Shown: positions 27,690-37,468 of the stretch, one piece after another
Layout: each line of letters begins with the position of its first letter
How positions within the stretch are numbered: position 1 is the first letter of the stretch
Origin: an uncultured Clostridium sp.
GTDB lineage: Bacteria; Bacillota; Clostridia; TANB77; CAG-508
NCBI GenBank assembly: GCA_900555615.1
Contig: USMB01000001.1
Location: 64,470-128,469 of the forward strand
Reading direction: 5' to 3'
Length of the DNA: 64,000 nucleotides
Position numbers and translations under genes: made by a program
The notes under the pieces: model-generated
The model's database searches: none
What the model saw: the letters and a program-made list of their open reading frames with translations, nothing else
What the model was told of the DNA's origin: nothing

Positions 27690-28931
27690 ATGAGAGATTT
27701 ATTTGTTGTAGCAAAATTTACAATAAAAGATATGATACAAAGAAAATCTTTTATAATTTCTAATATAATTATTTTGTGCCTTATAGTAATTGGATTTAAT
27801 ATTCCTAACATTTTAAAAATGATCAAGGGTGATGAGAGTGAGTCAAGCGGAGAAAATTTCTTAATTGTAGACTCAGAGAACGTATTTGAAGGCACATTAG
27901 GTTCTTTAAATGAAATGGATTTAGGTTATAAATTTAATATTTCTAATGATAAATTAACATTTGAAGATATTAAAAAGAAAATTTCAAATGACGAGGCAAG
28001 TGATGCAATTGTAATTAGCAAAGTTGATGAAAAAATCAATATAGAATATATTGTTAAAAATTTATCTATGATAGACAAGGTTCCAGAAGATATAGTTAAT
28101 GCTTTGACAAGCATATATTCAAATTTGCAAATTTCAAAATTGGGATTGACACAAGAGCAATTAGAGAGTATTAATCCAAACTTCAATTTTGAAATGAAAC
28201 AGACTGAAGAACAAGAAGTACATGGAAATCAATTTGCAATGATGATGATTTCAATAGTACTATTTTATGCAATCTATTTTTGTGCATATCAAGTTTCATC
28301 AGCAATAACAACAGAAAAAACGTCAAAAATAATAGAAACACTTGTAACATCTACAACTCCAAAGACAATTGTATTAGGAAAAACAATCGGAATAGGAATA
28401 GTGGGATTGTTACAAATTATAGTTATAATTGCAACGGCAATGATATCAAAAACATTGTTCTTAGAAGAAGGAATGTTAGATGGTTTAATAGACTTTTCTA
28501 CATTTACACCATTTTTAGCAATAATTACGATATTATATTTTATTTTTGGATATGCAGTATATGCTTTATTATATGCATTGGTGGGATCAACAGTAAGCAA
28601 GCCGGAAGATGTACAATCAGCAAATAGTCCTATTGCAATAATTTCTGTAATTGGATTCTATTTAGCTTACTTTACAATGATGAATCCAACAAGTGAATTA
28701 AATAAAATTGCAGCTATAGTACCTATATCATCACCATTTTGTATGCCGCTAAGAGTGATGATGGGAATTGCAAGTCAAAATGAAATTGCAATTTCTTTAA
28801 TAATTTTGGTAATTACTATACTAATAATTGCAAAAATTTCTATCAAAATTTACTCACAAGCTATACTAAATTATGGTAGTAAAATAAGCCTGAAAGACGC
28901 TCTAAAGCTGTATAAGAACAAAAATGTGTGA
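27690..28931 (+). CDS. ABC-2 family transporter permease (NatB-like)
   Basis: N-terminal TM, an extracytoplasmic segment of about 170 aa, then a cluster of 5 TM segments. The start immediately follows the ATPase stop. Confidence 0.7.
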   Translation: MRDLFVVAKFTIKDMIQRKSFIISNIIILCLIVIGFNIPNILKMIKGDESESSGENFLIVDSENVFEGTLGSLNEMDLGYKFNISNDKLTFEDIKKKISNDEASDAIVISKVDEKINIEYIVKNLSMIDKVPEDIVNALTSIYSNLQISKLGLTQEQLESINPNFNFEMKQTEEQEVHGNQFAMMMISIVLFYAIYFCAYQVSSAITTEKTSKIIETLVTSTTPKTIVLGKTIGIGIVGLLQIIVIIATAMISKTLFLEEGMLDGLIDFSTFTPFLAIITILYFIFGYAVYALLYALVGSTVSKPEDVQSANSPIAIISVIGFYLAYFTMMNPTSELNKIAAIVPISSPFCMPLRVMMGIASQNEIAISLIILVITILIIAKISIKIYSQAILNYGSKISLKDALKLYKNKNV

Positions 28932-28956
28932 TAAAATATATAAAGGGGAATAAAAT

Positions 28957-30021
28957 ATGGACGAATATACTTGCCCAAAATGTGGTGCTATACTTAATAA
29001 TCAAAAAGGATTTGATCCAGAATATGGAGCGTGGAGATGTTTAAGATGTGGTCAAATGATTATGGATGAAGATACATATAATGGTGATTTATATGAAGGA
29101 GTTGCTTGGTATTGCGATGAGTGCGGAGCTCTTTTAAATAAGCAAGATGGATTTTCAGATGCATATTATTCGTGGAATTGTACAGAGTGTGGGCACGAAA
29201 ATTTTATAAATGAAGATGAAATTGATGATGATGACGATACTGATGATGTAGACAATGAGATAGTTGCTTTAGCTGCTGATGCGGTATCATCGATGATAAC
29301 ATCTGCATTAGGGATTGGGGCAGAAACATATAAAAAAGTGCATAGCGAAAAAAAGAAACAAGCTGATATGCTTGAAAAAATAAATGAAGAAGAAGCGAGA
29401 ATTGAGAGTGAAAAAAGCCGAGCATGGAGAAGAAAGCACAAAAAAGGTATATTAATTACTGTTATTACAATTATTTTAATTTTAATTGCAATAGGAATAT
29501 ATATTTTTTATATTACGTTAATTCCAATTAGATATGATTCTGAAGATTTGATTGGAACTAATTATGAAAGTGTTGAAACCAAATTAAGAGCATCAGGATT
29601 TGAAAATGTTAATTCGAAAGAAATTCCAGATTTGAAAATTACACAAAAGGAGAAAGAAAATATTGTTACAGATGTTATTATTAGGAACAAGATGAAATTT
29701 TCTGCAGAAACAAAATTTTTGCCATCTGAAAAGATTACAGTGGTATATCATACATTAGAAAAGATTTATGCACCTTTGACTTCTAAAGAGGCAAAAGGAA
29801 TGAAATATGCAGATGTGGTTAAACAATTTGAAGAAAAAGGATTTCAAAATGTAAAAGTCGAGCCAATTTATGATATTATCACAGGATGGATAAAAAAAGA
29901 TGGAGAGGTTGGAACAGTGGCAATAAATGGAAACAAAGACTTCACAGTGAATACTTCTTATAATGTAGATGCTGAGGTTGTGATTTCTTATCATACTTTG
30001 AAAAAGAATAAGGAGAATTAA
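28957..30021 (+). CDS. Membrane protein with two N-terminal zinc ribbons, an acidic linker, one TM and two C-terminal repeats; function unknown
   Basis: Two copies of C-x2-CGAxLNxQxGF-x(6-7)-W-x-C-x2-CG (Cys 6/9/28/31 and 53/56/75/78), then a D-rich tract and the TM GILITVITIILILIAIGIYIFYI. Two repeats of G-x2-Y-x2-V-x(6-7)-GF-x-NV follow. Confidence 0.55.
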   Translation: MDEYTCPKCGAILNNQKGFDPEYGAWRCLRCGQMIMDEDTYNGDLYEGVAWYCDECGALLNKQDGFSDAYYSWNCTECGHENFINEDEIDDDDDTDDVDNEIVALAADAVSSMITSALGIGAETYKKVHSEKKKQADMLEKINEEEARIESEKSRAWRRKHKKGILITVITIILILIAIGIYIFYITLIPIRYDSEDLIGTNYESVETKLRASGFENVNSKEIPDLKITQKEKENIVTDVIIRNKMKFSAETKFLPSEKITVVYHTLEKIYAPLTSKEAKGMKYADVVKQFEEKGFQNVKVEPIYDIITGWIKKDGEVGTVAINGNKDFTVNTSYNVDAEVVISYHTLKKNKEN

Positions 30022-30022
30022 A

Positions 30023-31870
30023 ATGGATTTGGTAGTTGAAGAAACATTAAAAGAATTTAAAAAAGTAAATAATGCAGAATTAACACCTAAAAGTATAAAG
30101 AAAATTCATGAAAGATTTCCAGTTCCAAGAGAACAAAAAATTTTATGGGCTGAAAATGTAAAAAATAATAAAATTTATGGAATGGTAATAACTGATAAAG
30201 GGATATTTTTTAAATCAAATCCACATGACCAAAAGAAAACAAATGCAAAAACGAAATCAAAGGAAACAACTATATATCATTATTTAAAATGGGAATATTT
30301 TAATCCTGAAGATTTTAAAGTGAAAAAAGTTGATACTGATAAATATGAAGTCATATTTAATGAAAAAGTACTTTTTGAAATAAAAGAACAGGAAAATTTT
30401 TTCAAATGTTATACTGATACATATTCTAAAATTGTAAAAGAATCAGTAACATCAGCAGAAAATATATTTGCAGATTTAGAAGCTATTGTTCCAGAAAACT
30501 ATGCAAAAGTTAATACTAATCAAGGGCATGGAGAAATGGCGGAAGAAGCACTTAATCTATTAGATAATTTACAAGGAAATGATGCGAAAGTTGTAGGAAG
30601 AACAAACGAGAAAAATGGCGCAGATCGTTTAGTAAATGGTGTTGAAATTCAGACTAAATATTATAGTTCTGGTAGAGGATGTATCAATGCTTGTTTTGAT
30701 AAAGCAACAGAGCAATTTAGATATTTTAATAAAGATGGAAAGCCAATGCTGATAGAAGTTCCAAAAGATAAATATGCAGAAGCAGTAAATGAATTTAGAA
30801 AAAAGATTCTCGAAGGTAAAGTTGCAGGAGTTTCAAATCCTAATGATGCATCTAAATATATAAAAAGAGGGAAAATAACATATAATCAAGCACGAAATCT
30901 TTGCAAACCAGGAACAATAGAGTCATTAACATATGATACTGTTACAGGTGCAGTAAATTGTTCATATGCATTAGGAATTACATTTTTAGCAACTTTTGCA
31001 TTATCATATTTAAAAGATGGAAACACAAAAGAAGCTTTTGGTGCTGCATTGGAGGCAGGAATTCAAGTATTTGGATTATCATTTTTTGCACACATATTTG
31101 CACAACAAGTGGCTAGAACGACTTTAACACATAGTCTTATTCCACTTAGCACATATATTGTAAAATCTATGGGATATAGTACTGCACAAACTATTGTTAA
31201 TGCAATTCGTGGTATGTCTGGAAAGTCAGCTGTTTCTGGTGCAGCTGCGACAAAGCAACTAGCTAAAATTATGAGAAGTAATGTAGTAACATCACTTATA
31301 ACAATTGCTGTTTTCTCAGTGCCAGATACATACAATATTTTGCGAAAGAGACTATCGGGAGCGCAATATACAAAAAATATGTTATCATTAATAGGCGTAC
31401 TTGCCACATCAAGTGGTGGAACTCTAGCCACATCTGTAGCAACAGCAAAGGTAGCAGCTGCAATGGGTACTACGATTTCGCCAGGTGTAGGAACAGCAAT
31501 AGGAATTGCAGGAGGACTTGTTGGCGGATTAGCTGGCGGAAGTGCTATAAAATTTGTAGCAGATAATATTAGAGAAGATGATTCAGTAATAATATCACGA
31601 TTATTTAATGCAGTTATAGCGAATTTTGTGTATGAATATATGTTGTCAGAAAGTGAAATGGATGTACTAGTTGAGAAATTGAACACTATAAAACAGAAAG
31701 AATTTAAGAACTTATTTGCAAATGTTATTGCATCTAATAAGCAAGAAAAACTAATAGAAGATTTTGTAAGACACTATTTTGAAGAGATTATTCGTACTAG
31801 ACCAAAATTGCCAGAACCAAAACCAGAGGATTTTATAGAATTTTTTAAACAATTTGAAGAAAAAGAATAA
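30023..31870 (+). CDS. 615-aa membrane protein, function unknown (PH-like N-terminal domain, conserved soluble domain, glycine-zipper TM region)
   Basis: The start is 1 nt after the upstream stop. The N-terminal segment [13 protein letters not shown] resembles bacterial PH-like domains. The central block is [14 protein letters not shown]...[17 protein letters not shown]...GTIESLTYD, followed by TM/Gly-zipper [16 protein letters not shown]. Confidence 0.5.
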   Translation: MDLVVEETLKEFKKVNNAELTPKSIKKIHERFPVPREQKILWAENVKNNKIYGMVITDKGIFFKSNPHDQKKTNAKTKSKETTIYHYLKWEYFNPEDFKVKKVDTDKYEVIFNEKVLFEIKEQENFFKCYTDTYSKIVKESVTSAENIFADLEAIVPENYAKVNTNQGHGEMAEEALNLLDNLQGNDAKVVGRTNEKNGADRLVNGVEIQTKYYSSGRGCINACFDKATEQFRYFNKDGKPMLIEVPKDKYAEAVNEFRKKILEGKVAGVSNPNDASKYIKRGKITYNQARNLCKPGTIESLTYDTVTGAVNCSYALGITFLATFALSYLKDGNTKEAFGAALEAGIQVFGLSFFAHIFAQQVARTTLTHSLIPLSTYIVKSMGYSTAQTIVNAIRGMSGKSAVSGAAATKQLAKIMRSNVVTSLITIAVFSVPDTYNILRKRLSGAQYTKNMLSLIGVLATSSGGTLATSVATAKVAAAMGTTISPGVGTAIGIAGGLVGGLAGGSAIKFVADNIREDDSVIISRLFNAVIANFVYEYMLSESEMDVLVEKLNTIKQKEFKNLFANVIASNKQEKLIEDFVRHYFEEIIRTRPKLPEPKPEDFIEFFKQFEEKE

Positions 31871-31952
31871 AATATTTACCAAAAGTCTACACAAATGTGA
31901 AAAAATATGTTACAATATAAAATATGATTTTATAAAAAGAGGAGGAATTAAC

Positions 31953-32678
31953 ATGTCAGGACATAGCAAATGGCACAATATCCAAGCAAAAAAAGGAAAA
32001 GCTGATGCAGCAAGAGGAAAAATATTCACAAAATTAGGAAGAGAATTATTAATTGCAGTAAAAGAAGGTGGACCAGACCCATCAGGAAACTCAAAACTAA
32101 AAGATGTAATAGCAAAATGCAAAGCAGCAAACATGCCAAATGACACAATCAACAATGCAATCAAAAAAGCATCAGGAGAAGGAAACACTGCAAATTATGA
32201 AGAAGTAGTATATGAAGGATATGGACCATCAGGAGTAGCTGTAATAGTTAATGCAAATACAGATAACAGAAACAGAACAGCATCAGATGTTAGACATGTA
32301 TTTGATAAAGCAGGTGGAAACTTAGGAACGACAGGATGTGTATCATATATGTTCAATAAAAAAGGTGTAATTGTAATTGAAAAAGCATCAACAGATATGG
32401 ATGAAGAAGAAATAATGATGTTAGCATTAGATGCAGGTGCAGAAGATTTCAATTCATCAGATGAAGTATATGAAATAACAACAGCACCATCAGATTTTTC
32501 AACAGTAAGAGAAAAATTAGAAGAAGCTGGATTAACATTCTTAGAAGCAGATGTTCAAATGGTTCCAACAACAACAGTTGCGTTAGATGAAGCTGGAGTT
32601 GAAAAAATGGAAAGATTAATTGAAAGACTAGAAGAATTAGATGACGTTATGGATATATATCATAACTGGGAAGAATAA
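31953..32678 (+). CDS. yebC: YebC/PmpR family DNA-binding transcriptional regulator
   Basis: [46 protein letters not shown] at 31953 follows GAGGAGG. Confidence 0.92.
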   Translation: MSGHSKWHNIQAKKGKADAARGKIFTKLGRELLIAVKEGGPDPSGNSKLKDVIAKCKAANMPNDTINNAIKKASGEGNTANYEEVVYEGYGPSGVAVIVNANTDNRNRTASDVRHVFDKAGGNLGTTGCVSYMFNKKGVIVIEKASTDMDEEEIMMLALDAGAEDFNSSDEVYEITTAPSDFSTVREKLEEAGLTFLEADVQMVPTTTVALDEAGVEKMERLIERLEELDDVMDIYHNWEE

Positions 32679-32688
32679 AAAATAAAAA

Positions 32689-32726
32689 ATTGTCAAATTT
32701 TCTAAAAATATTGACAGTTTTTTTTT
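32689..32726 (+). terminator. Rho-independent terminator of yebC whose 3' arm doubles as a -35 TTGACA
   Basis: ATTGTCAA / TTGACAGT stem followed by T9. A candidate promoter for the next gene is TTGACA (32711-32716), a 17-nt spacer, then TAAACT (32734-32739). Confidence 0.75.
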
Positions 32727-32775
32727 ATTATAGTAAACTAGAAATAGATATTTTATAGAAGAGGGGTAGAAAAAG

Positions 32776-34116
32776 ATGAAAAAGAAAGTTTTATTAGCTA
32801 TAGTATTGGTTGTAGTACTATTAGGAGCAGGATTAGGATATGCATATTTTGCAACAGATGCATTAAAATCCGATAAACAATTATTTTTCTCATATTTACT
32901 ATCAGATGATTTTACAAAAGATTTAAAAGACACTAATTTAGAAAAATATGTAGAAAAACAAACAAATACAACATTTGAAAACAAAGGAAAAATAACATTT
33001 GAGGCACCAGAACAAGGTAGTGCACTTGATGGATTAACCATATTAAACAGCACAACGATAGATGTAGAAGGAAAAACAAATACAGCAAAGAAATTAGCAG
33101 AACAAAAATTCACAGTAGAATTATCACAAGGAATTAATATTCCAATTCAATATAAACGTGATGGAGAAACTTATGGAATACAAACCAAACTTTTAAGTGA
33201 TAAATTTATTGCAATAAAAAATGAAGATTTAAAAACATTGGCAGACAGATTTGGAATGGACACAAGCAATATTCCAGATAATATTACATTAAGTGGATTA
33301 AATTTCTCTGATAAAGAAATAAGTAAAATAAAAGACAAATATTCTAAAGTATTATATGATAACATGACAAAAGATATGTTTTCTAAGACAAAAACAAAAG
33401 ATCAAACTAAAGTAACAATGGATGTATCTGCAGAACAATTTATAAATTTAATTGAAAAATTAGCAAATGCATTGAAAGAGGATAAAGACTTATTAAATAA
33501 ATTATCTGCTGGAACAACAGTAGAAGATTTGAAAACACAAATAGACAATTTTGTAGATGCAATAAAAGAAACTGATACAACAGATGCTGATAGAGTTCAA
33601 ATTGTATTAACTATAAAATCAGGCGAGTTAACAGAATGCGAAATAAAAACTGTAACTGATAATGTGGCTGAAATTGTTGCAGCAATAGAAAAATCAGATA
33701 CTAAACTTGTATTTTATGCATATGAAGATAATGAACTTGTTGGACAAGTAAGTATAGAAAAATTTGCTAATAAAGATGAGTTAAGCTATATTGTTGAAAT
33801 TAAAGCTAATTCAGATGGCGAAGAAGTTGCAAATATTCAAATTGAGATGGCTTATAAAAACTTAGCAAAATTAGATGATGTAGAGGAAACAATAACAACT
33901 GATATAGTTTATTCAGATTCTTCATCAACTTCTTCATCAACAGCTGATGAAAAAACAAGTATTAGTGTAACATATAATAATGTAGTTACATTTGATTCTA
34001 GTTTGAACATAGATGCATTTAATTCAAATAATGCAATAATAATAAATGATGCAACAGATAAAGAGCTACAAGATTTGTTCTTAAATGTATATAGAAATTT
34101 TAGTGGAATTCAATAA
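32776..34116 (+). CDS. Hypothetical membrane-anchored/secreted protein
   Basis: N-terminal hydrophobic anchor KKVLLAIVLVVVLLGAGLGYAYF followed by a long hydrophilic D/E/K/T-rich body. No motif recognised. Confidence 0.55.
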   Translation: MKKKVLLAIVLVVVLLGAGLGYAYFATDALKSDKQLFFSYLLSDDFTKDLKDTNLEKYVEKQTNTTFENKGKITFEAPEQGSALDGLTILNSTTIDVEGKTNTAKKLAEQKFTVELSQGINIPIQYKRDGETYGIQTKLLSDKFIAIKNEDLKTLADRFGMDTSNIPDNITLSGLNFSDKEISKIKDKYSKVLYDNMTKDMFSKTKTKDQTKVTMDVSAEQFINLIEKLANALKEDKDLLNKLSAGTTVEDLKTQIDNFVDAIKETDTTDADRVQIVLTIKSGELTECEIKTVTDNVAEIVAAIEKSDTKLVFYAYEDNELVGQVSIEKFANKDELSYIVEIKANSDGEEVANIQIEMAYKNLAKLDDVEETITTDIVYSDSSSTSSSTADEKTSISVTYNNVVTFDSSLNIDAFNSNNAIIINDATDKELQDLFLNVYRNFSGIQ

Positions 34117-34150
34117 AATTGAATAAAAAATAGTTCTAAAAAGAATGGAA

Positions 34151-34183
34151 AGAGCATATATATATAATATATGTTCTTTTTTT
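34151..34183 (+). terminator. Rho-independent terminator
   Basis: AGAGCATATA...TATATGTTCT stem (one G-U pair) followed by T7. Confidence 0.8.
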
Positions 34184-34196
34184 GGTGCAAAATGCT

Positions 34197-34254
34197 AAAA
34201 AAATACCCGGTATCAAATTAGCATGTGAAAAAAAGGACCGACCCCAAATTAGCA
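34197..34254. repeat. Two tandem 27-nt half-units of the dispersed repeat family, abutting the spoIIIAA RBS
   Basis: The first unit is AAAAAAA-TACCCGGTA-TCAAATTAGCA (34197-34223). The second is AAAAAAA-GGACCGACC-CCAAATTAGCA (34228-34254). The RBS AAGGAGG starts at 34254. Confidence 0.8.
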
Positions 34255-34264
34255 AGGAGGAAAC

Positions 34265-35188
34265 ATGGATGAAGTAAAAAATGTTCTAGAATATTTGCCG
34301 TTGGTGATAAGGCAAATAATTATGCAAGAAAATCAAAGCCAGAGTATTGAGAAAATTGAAAATATAGAAAATATTGAAGAAATACGACTTAGAGCAGAAA
34401 AGCCACTTGCTTTGAAATATGAAAATAAGACGAAGTTACTCGAGTATATTGTAAAACAGCAAGATATTTTACAGGCGTTTGAGAAGGTGTGTGAAAATTC
34501 GGTTTACTCATATAGGAGGCAAATTTGTGATGGATATATAACTATTAGAGGGGGAAATAGGGTTGGAATTGTAGGAAGTGCGGTTTTGGAGAATGGACAA
34601 GTTATTAATATGAATTATATTTCTAGCTTGAATTTTAGGATTGCAAGGCAAAAGATTGGATGTAGTAATAGAATTATTAATGAGATCCTTGATTTGGGTA
34701 ATAATTCTGTACATAATACACTTATAATTTCTCCTCCTGGATGTGGCAAAACAACATTGCTAAGAGATATTATTCGAAATGTAAGTAATGGGATTAAAAT
34801 ACTAAGCTTCGCAGGAAAAACAGTTGGTGTAGCTGACGAAAGAGGCGAAATTGCAGCAATGTATAAAGGAGTTCCTCAGAATGATGTAGGAGTAAGAACA
34901 GATGTGATTGATAATATGCCTAAACCGTATGCTATGAGAATTTTGGTACGTTCTATGGCTCCTGATGTTATTGCATGTGATGAGATTGGGAGCAAAGAGG
35001 ATGTCGAGGCTATTGATTATGCAGTTTGTTCAGGTGTTAAGGGTGTTTTTACAGCACATGGAAAAGATTTGGAAGAAATAGAAAAAAATCCAGAACTTTC
35101 GAAATTGATAAATAAACATATTTTTGAAAGAATTGTAATATTAAATACAGAAAAGAGAGGTGATGCAAAATGTCTTTATCCGTTATAA
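34265..35188 (+). CDS. spoIIIAA: Stage III sporulation protein AA (AAA+ ATPase)
   Basis: Walker A SPPGCGKTTLLRD and Walker B VIACDEIG. It is the first gene of an eight-gene cluster with spoIIIA order and gene sizes. Confidence 0.88.
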   Translation: MDEVKNVLEYLPLVIRQIIMQENQSQSIEKIENIENIEEIRLRAEKPLALKYENKTKLLEYIVKQQDILQAFEKVCENSVYSYRRQICDGYITIRGGNRVGIVGSAVLENGQVINMNYISSLNFRIARQKIGCSNRIINEILDLGNNSVHNTLIISPPGCGKTTLLRDIIRNVSNGIKILSFAGKTVGVADERGEIAAMYKGVPQNDVGVRTDVIDNMPKPYAMRILVRSMAPDVIACDEIGSKEDVEAIDYAVCSGVKGVFTAHGKDLEEIEKNPELSKLINKHIFERIVILNTEKRGDAKCLYPL

Positions 35189-35694
35189 AAACTTTAAAAT
35201 ACATATTGTTATTAATTATTTTTGGACTGTCGACTTCGATTGGAATGGCAATTGCCAAGGCATATGGCAATAGAGTTGATGAATTGAAAGAGTTCAAAAA
35301 TATATTAAATATAATGAAAACGAAAATCAAATTTACATATGAACCATTAGGAGAAATCTTTAAGCAGATTGCTAAAGATAATGATACTGAAATAGAAAAA
35401 ATCTTTGGACAAATGGCAAATCAAATAACATATTATCAGGCAAAAGATGTTTGGGAAAATTGCATACAAGATGCAGATATAAGCATAAAACAAGAAGATA
35501 AAAATATACTTAAGAGACTGGGTAAGCTATTAGGACAAACAGATGTAAATGGCCAAGTTAGCGAAATTGAGGTTACAGAAGAGTTTTTGAGTATTCAAAT
35601 AGAAAAAGCAGAAGAAGAGAAAAAGAAAAATCAAAAGATGTGTAAAACTCTTGGAGTTGTAAGTGGCCTGGTATTTTGTATTATACTATTTTAA
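35170..35694 (+). CDS. spoIIIAB: Stage III sporulation protein AB
   Basis: Position, size (174 aa) and N- and C-terminal TM segments match SpoIIIAB. It overlaps the end of spoIIIAA. Confidence 0.75.
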   Translation: MSLSVIKTLKYILLLIIFGLSTSIGMAIAKAYGNRVDELKEFKNILNIMKTKIKFTYEPLGEIFKQIAKDNDTEIEKIFGQMANQITYYQAKDVWENCIQDADISIKQEDKNILKRLGKLLGQTDVNGQVSEIEVTEEFLSIQIEKAEEEKKKNQKMCKTLGVVSGLVFCIILF

Positions 35695-35710
35695 ATAAAG
35701 GGGATTAAAA

Positions 35711-35905
35711 ATGGATATTAATTTATTATTTAAAATTGCAGCTATTGGAATTTTAGTTGCAGTATTGCATCAAGTGCTAGTTAGAGCTGGAAGAGAAGAT
35801 CAAGCAATGATGACAACTTTGGCAGGATTAGTGATTGTTTTGACAATGGTAATTCAGCAAATAAATACTTTATTTCAGACTGTACGTACATTATTTAACT
35901 TATAA
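35711..35905 (+). CDS. spoIIIAC: Stage III sporulation protein AC
   Basis: 64-aa two-TM protein. LFKIAAIGILVAVLHQVL...LAGLVIVL resembles B. subtilis SpoIIIAC as I recall it. Confidence 0.85.
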   Translation: MDINLLFKIAAIGILVAVLHQVLVRAGREDQAMMTTLAGLVIVLTMVIQQINTLFQTVRTLFNL

Positions 35906-35922
35906 TAAAAGGAATGAGTTTT

Positions 35923-36312
35923 ATGGAAGAAGTAATTAAGATTGTTGGAATAGGCTTTATGGCTCTAATAATAGCTGTCATTTTAAAACAGTATCGACCT
36001 GAATATGCAATATATGTGTCAATAATAGCAGGAGTTCTAATTTTATTTTTGGCAATGGATAAAATTACTGGAATTATAAATCTTTTGAAATCCATTTCTG
36101 ACAAGACTTATATTAATAAACAGTTTCTTGGCATATTGTTAAAAATCACAGGAATTGCAATCATAGCAGAGTTTGCAGTAAGTATATGTTCAGATGCAGG
36201 AGAAAAAGCAATTGCAAGTAAAATAGAAATTGGAAGCAAAGTTATTATAATTGCAATGTCTATGCCAATTATTTCAAGTTTATTAGAATTGATAATTCAA
36301 ATATTGCCATAA
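35923..36312 (+). CDS. spoIIIAD: Stage III sporulation protein AD
   Basis: IVGIGFMALIIAVILKQ...ILLKITGIAIIAEFAVSICSDAGEKAIASKIEIGSKVII closely parallels B. subtilis SpoIIIAD. ATG at 35923 has better RBS spacing than the listed ATG at 35914. Confidence 0.85.
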   Translation: MEEVIKIVGIGFMALIIAVILKQYRPEYAIYVSIIAGVLILFLAMDKITGIINLLKSISDKTYINKQFLGILLKITGIAIIAEFAVSICSDAGEKAIASKIEIGSKVIIIAMSMPIISSLLELIIQILP

Positions 36313-36325
36313 TGAAAGGATTGAT

Positions 36326-37468
36326 ATGAAAAGAATAATTTTAATATTTATCCTTGTACTAATGATACCCAATTATGCATTTGCAGAAAGCCAAGAGGAA
36401 ATAATGTCATCAACACAAGAAAAATTTAATATTAGCGGATTTTTAAAAGAAGCACAAAAATATACAAATGAATCATTCGAAGAAATTGATTTGTCAAGTA
36501 TGTTAGGACAGGCTATACAAGGAAAAATAGATAATAATAAATTATATAAAATAATAATTAAATTATTAGGAAAAGAAGTTAGTTCAAGTTTAAAAATTTT
36601 AATAAGTATTTTAGTAATTATAGTCATACATGGAATTCTAAAAGCAATAACTGATGGGCTAGAAAATAATAGCGTGTCTCAAATTATTTATTTTGTTCAA
36701 TATATATTAATTGTAACACTTATAATGTCGAATTTTTCAGAAATAATAAAATTAGTAAAAGATACTGCAAATGATTTAGTGGGATTTATTAATGTATTAA
36801 TCCCATTACTTTTAACGTTGTTGGTTTACACAGGAAATATTACTACAAGTACAGTAATAGAGCCTATAGTGCTGGCTATTAGTAATTTTGTTGGTAATAT
36901 TATTGCAGATGTATTAATACCAATAGTTTTAATTATTGTTACATTCTCAATAGTTTCTAAGGTTTCGGAAAGAGTACAAGTTGAAAAGTTATCTAAATTT
37001 TTAAAATCTGGAGTAGTATGGTTTCTTGGAATTGTTTTGACTGTTTTTGTTGGAGTAGTATCTTTAGAAGGAACTTTAAGTAGCAGTGTGGATGGTGTAA
37101 CAGCAAAAACAGCTAAAGCGGCAATTTCTACTGTAATTCCAGTTGTAGGAAAGATCCTTGGAGATGTGGTAGATAGTGTACTGGGATGTGGTGTAATTTT
37201 AAAAAATGCAGTAGGATTTGTGGGTGTGATTGTAATTTTAAGTATTTGTATTATGCCAATAATAAAAATAGGTACATTGAGCATAATATATAGCTTAGCA
37301 TCAGCAGTGGTTCAGCCTATTGCTGATGAGAAAATTGTAAAATTATTAGACGAAATGAGTGGTGTGTTTAAATTATTACTTGGAATTCTATGTGCACTTT
37401 CAGTAATATTAATTATTGGAATCACAATGGTCGTAAAAATTTCGAATAGTGGGATGATGTATAGATGA
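36326..37468 (+). CDS. spoIIIAE: Stage III sporulation protein AE
   Basis: Signal peptide followed by about 7 TM segments, 380 aa, in the position expected for SpoIIIAE. Confidence 0.85.
   Translation: MKRIILIFILVLMIPNYAFAESQEEIMSSTQEKFNISGFLKEAQKYTNESFEEIDLSSMLGQAIQGKIDNNKLYKIIIKLLGKEVSSSLKILISILVIIVIHGILKAITDGLENNSVSQIIYFVQYILIVTLIMSNFSEIIKLVKDTANDLVGFINVLIPLLLTLLVYTGNITTSTVIEPIVLAISNFVGNIIADVLIPIVLIIVTFSIVSKVSERVQVEKLSKFLKSGVVWFLGIVLTVFVGVVSLEGTLSSSVDGVTAKTAKAAISTVIPVVGKILGDVVDSVLGCGVILKNAVGFVGVIVILSICIMPIIKIGTLSIIYSLASAVVQPIADEKIVKLLDEMSGVFKLLLGILCALSVILIIGITMVVKISNSGMMYR

Noticed and set aside
31063-31686. 207-aa antisense ORF within the 615-aa membrane protein gene
   Set aside because: It arises from G/A-rich glycine-zipper coding sequence. 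It has no RBS, and the sense ORF is much longer and is coupled to the upstream gene.
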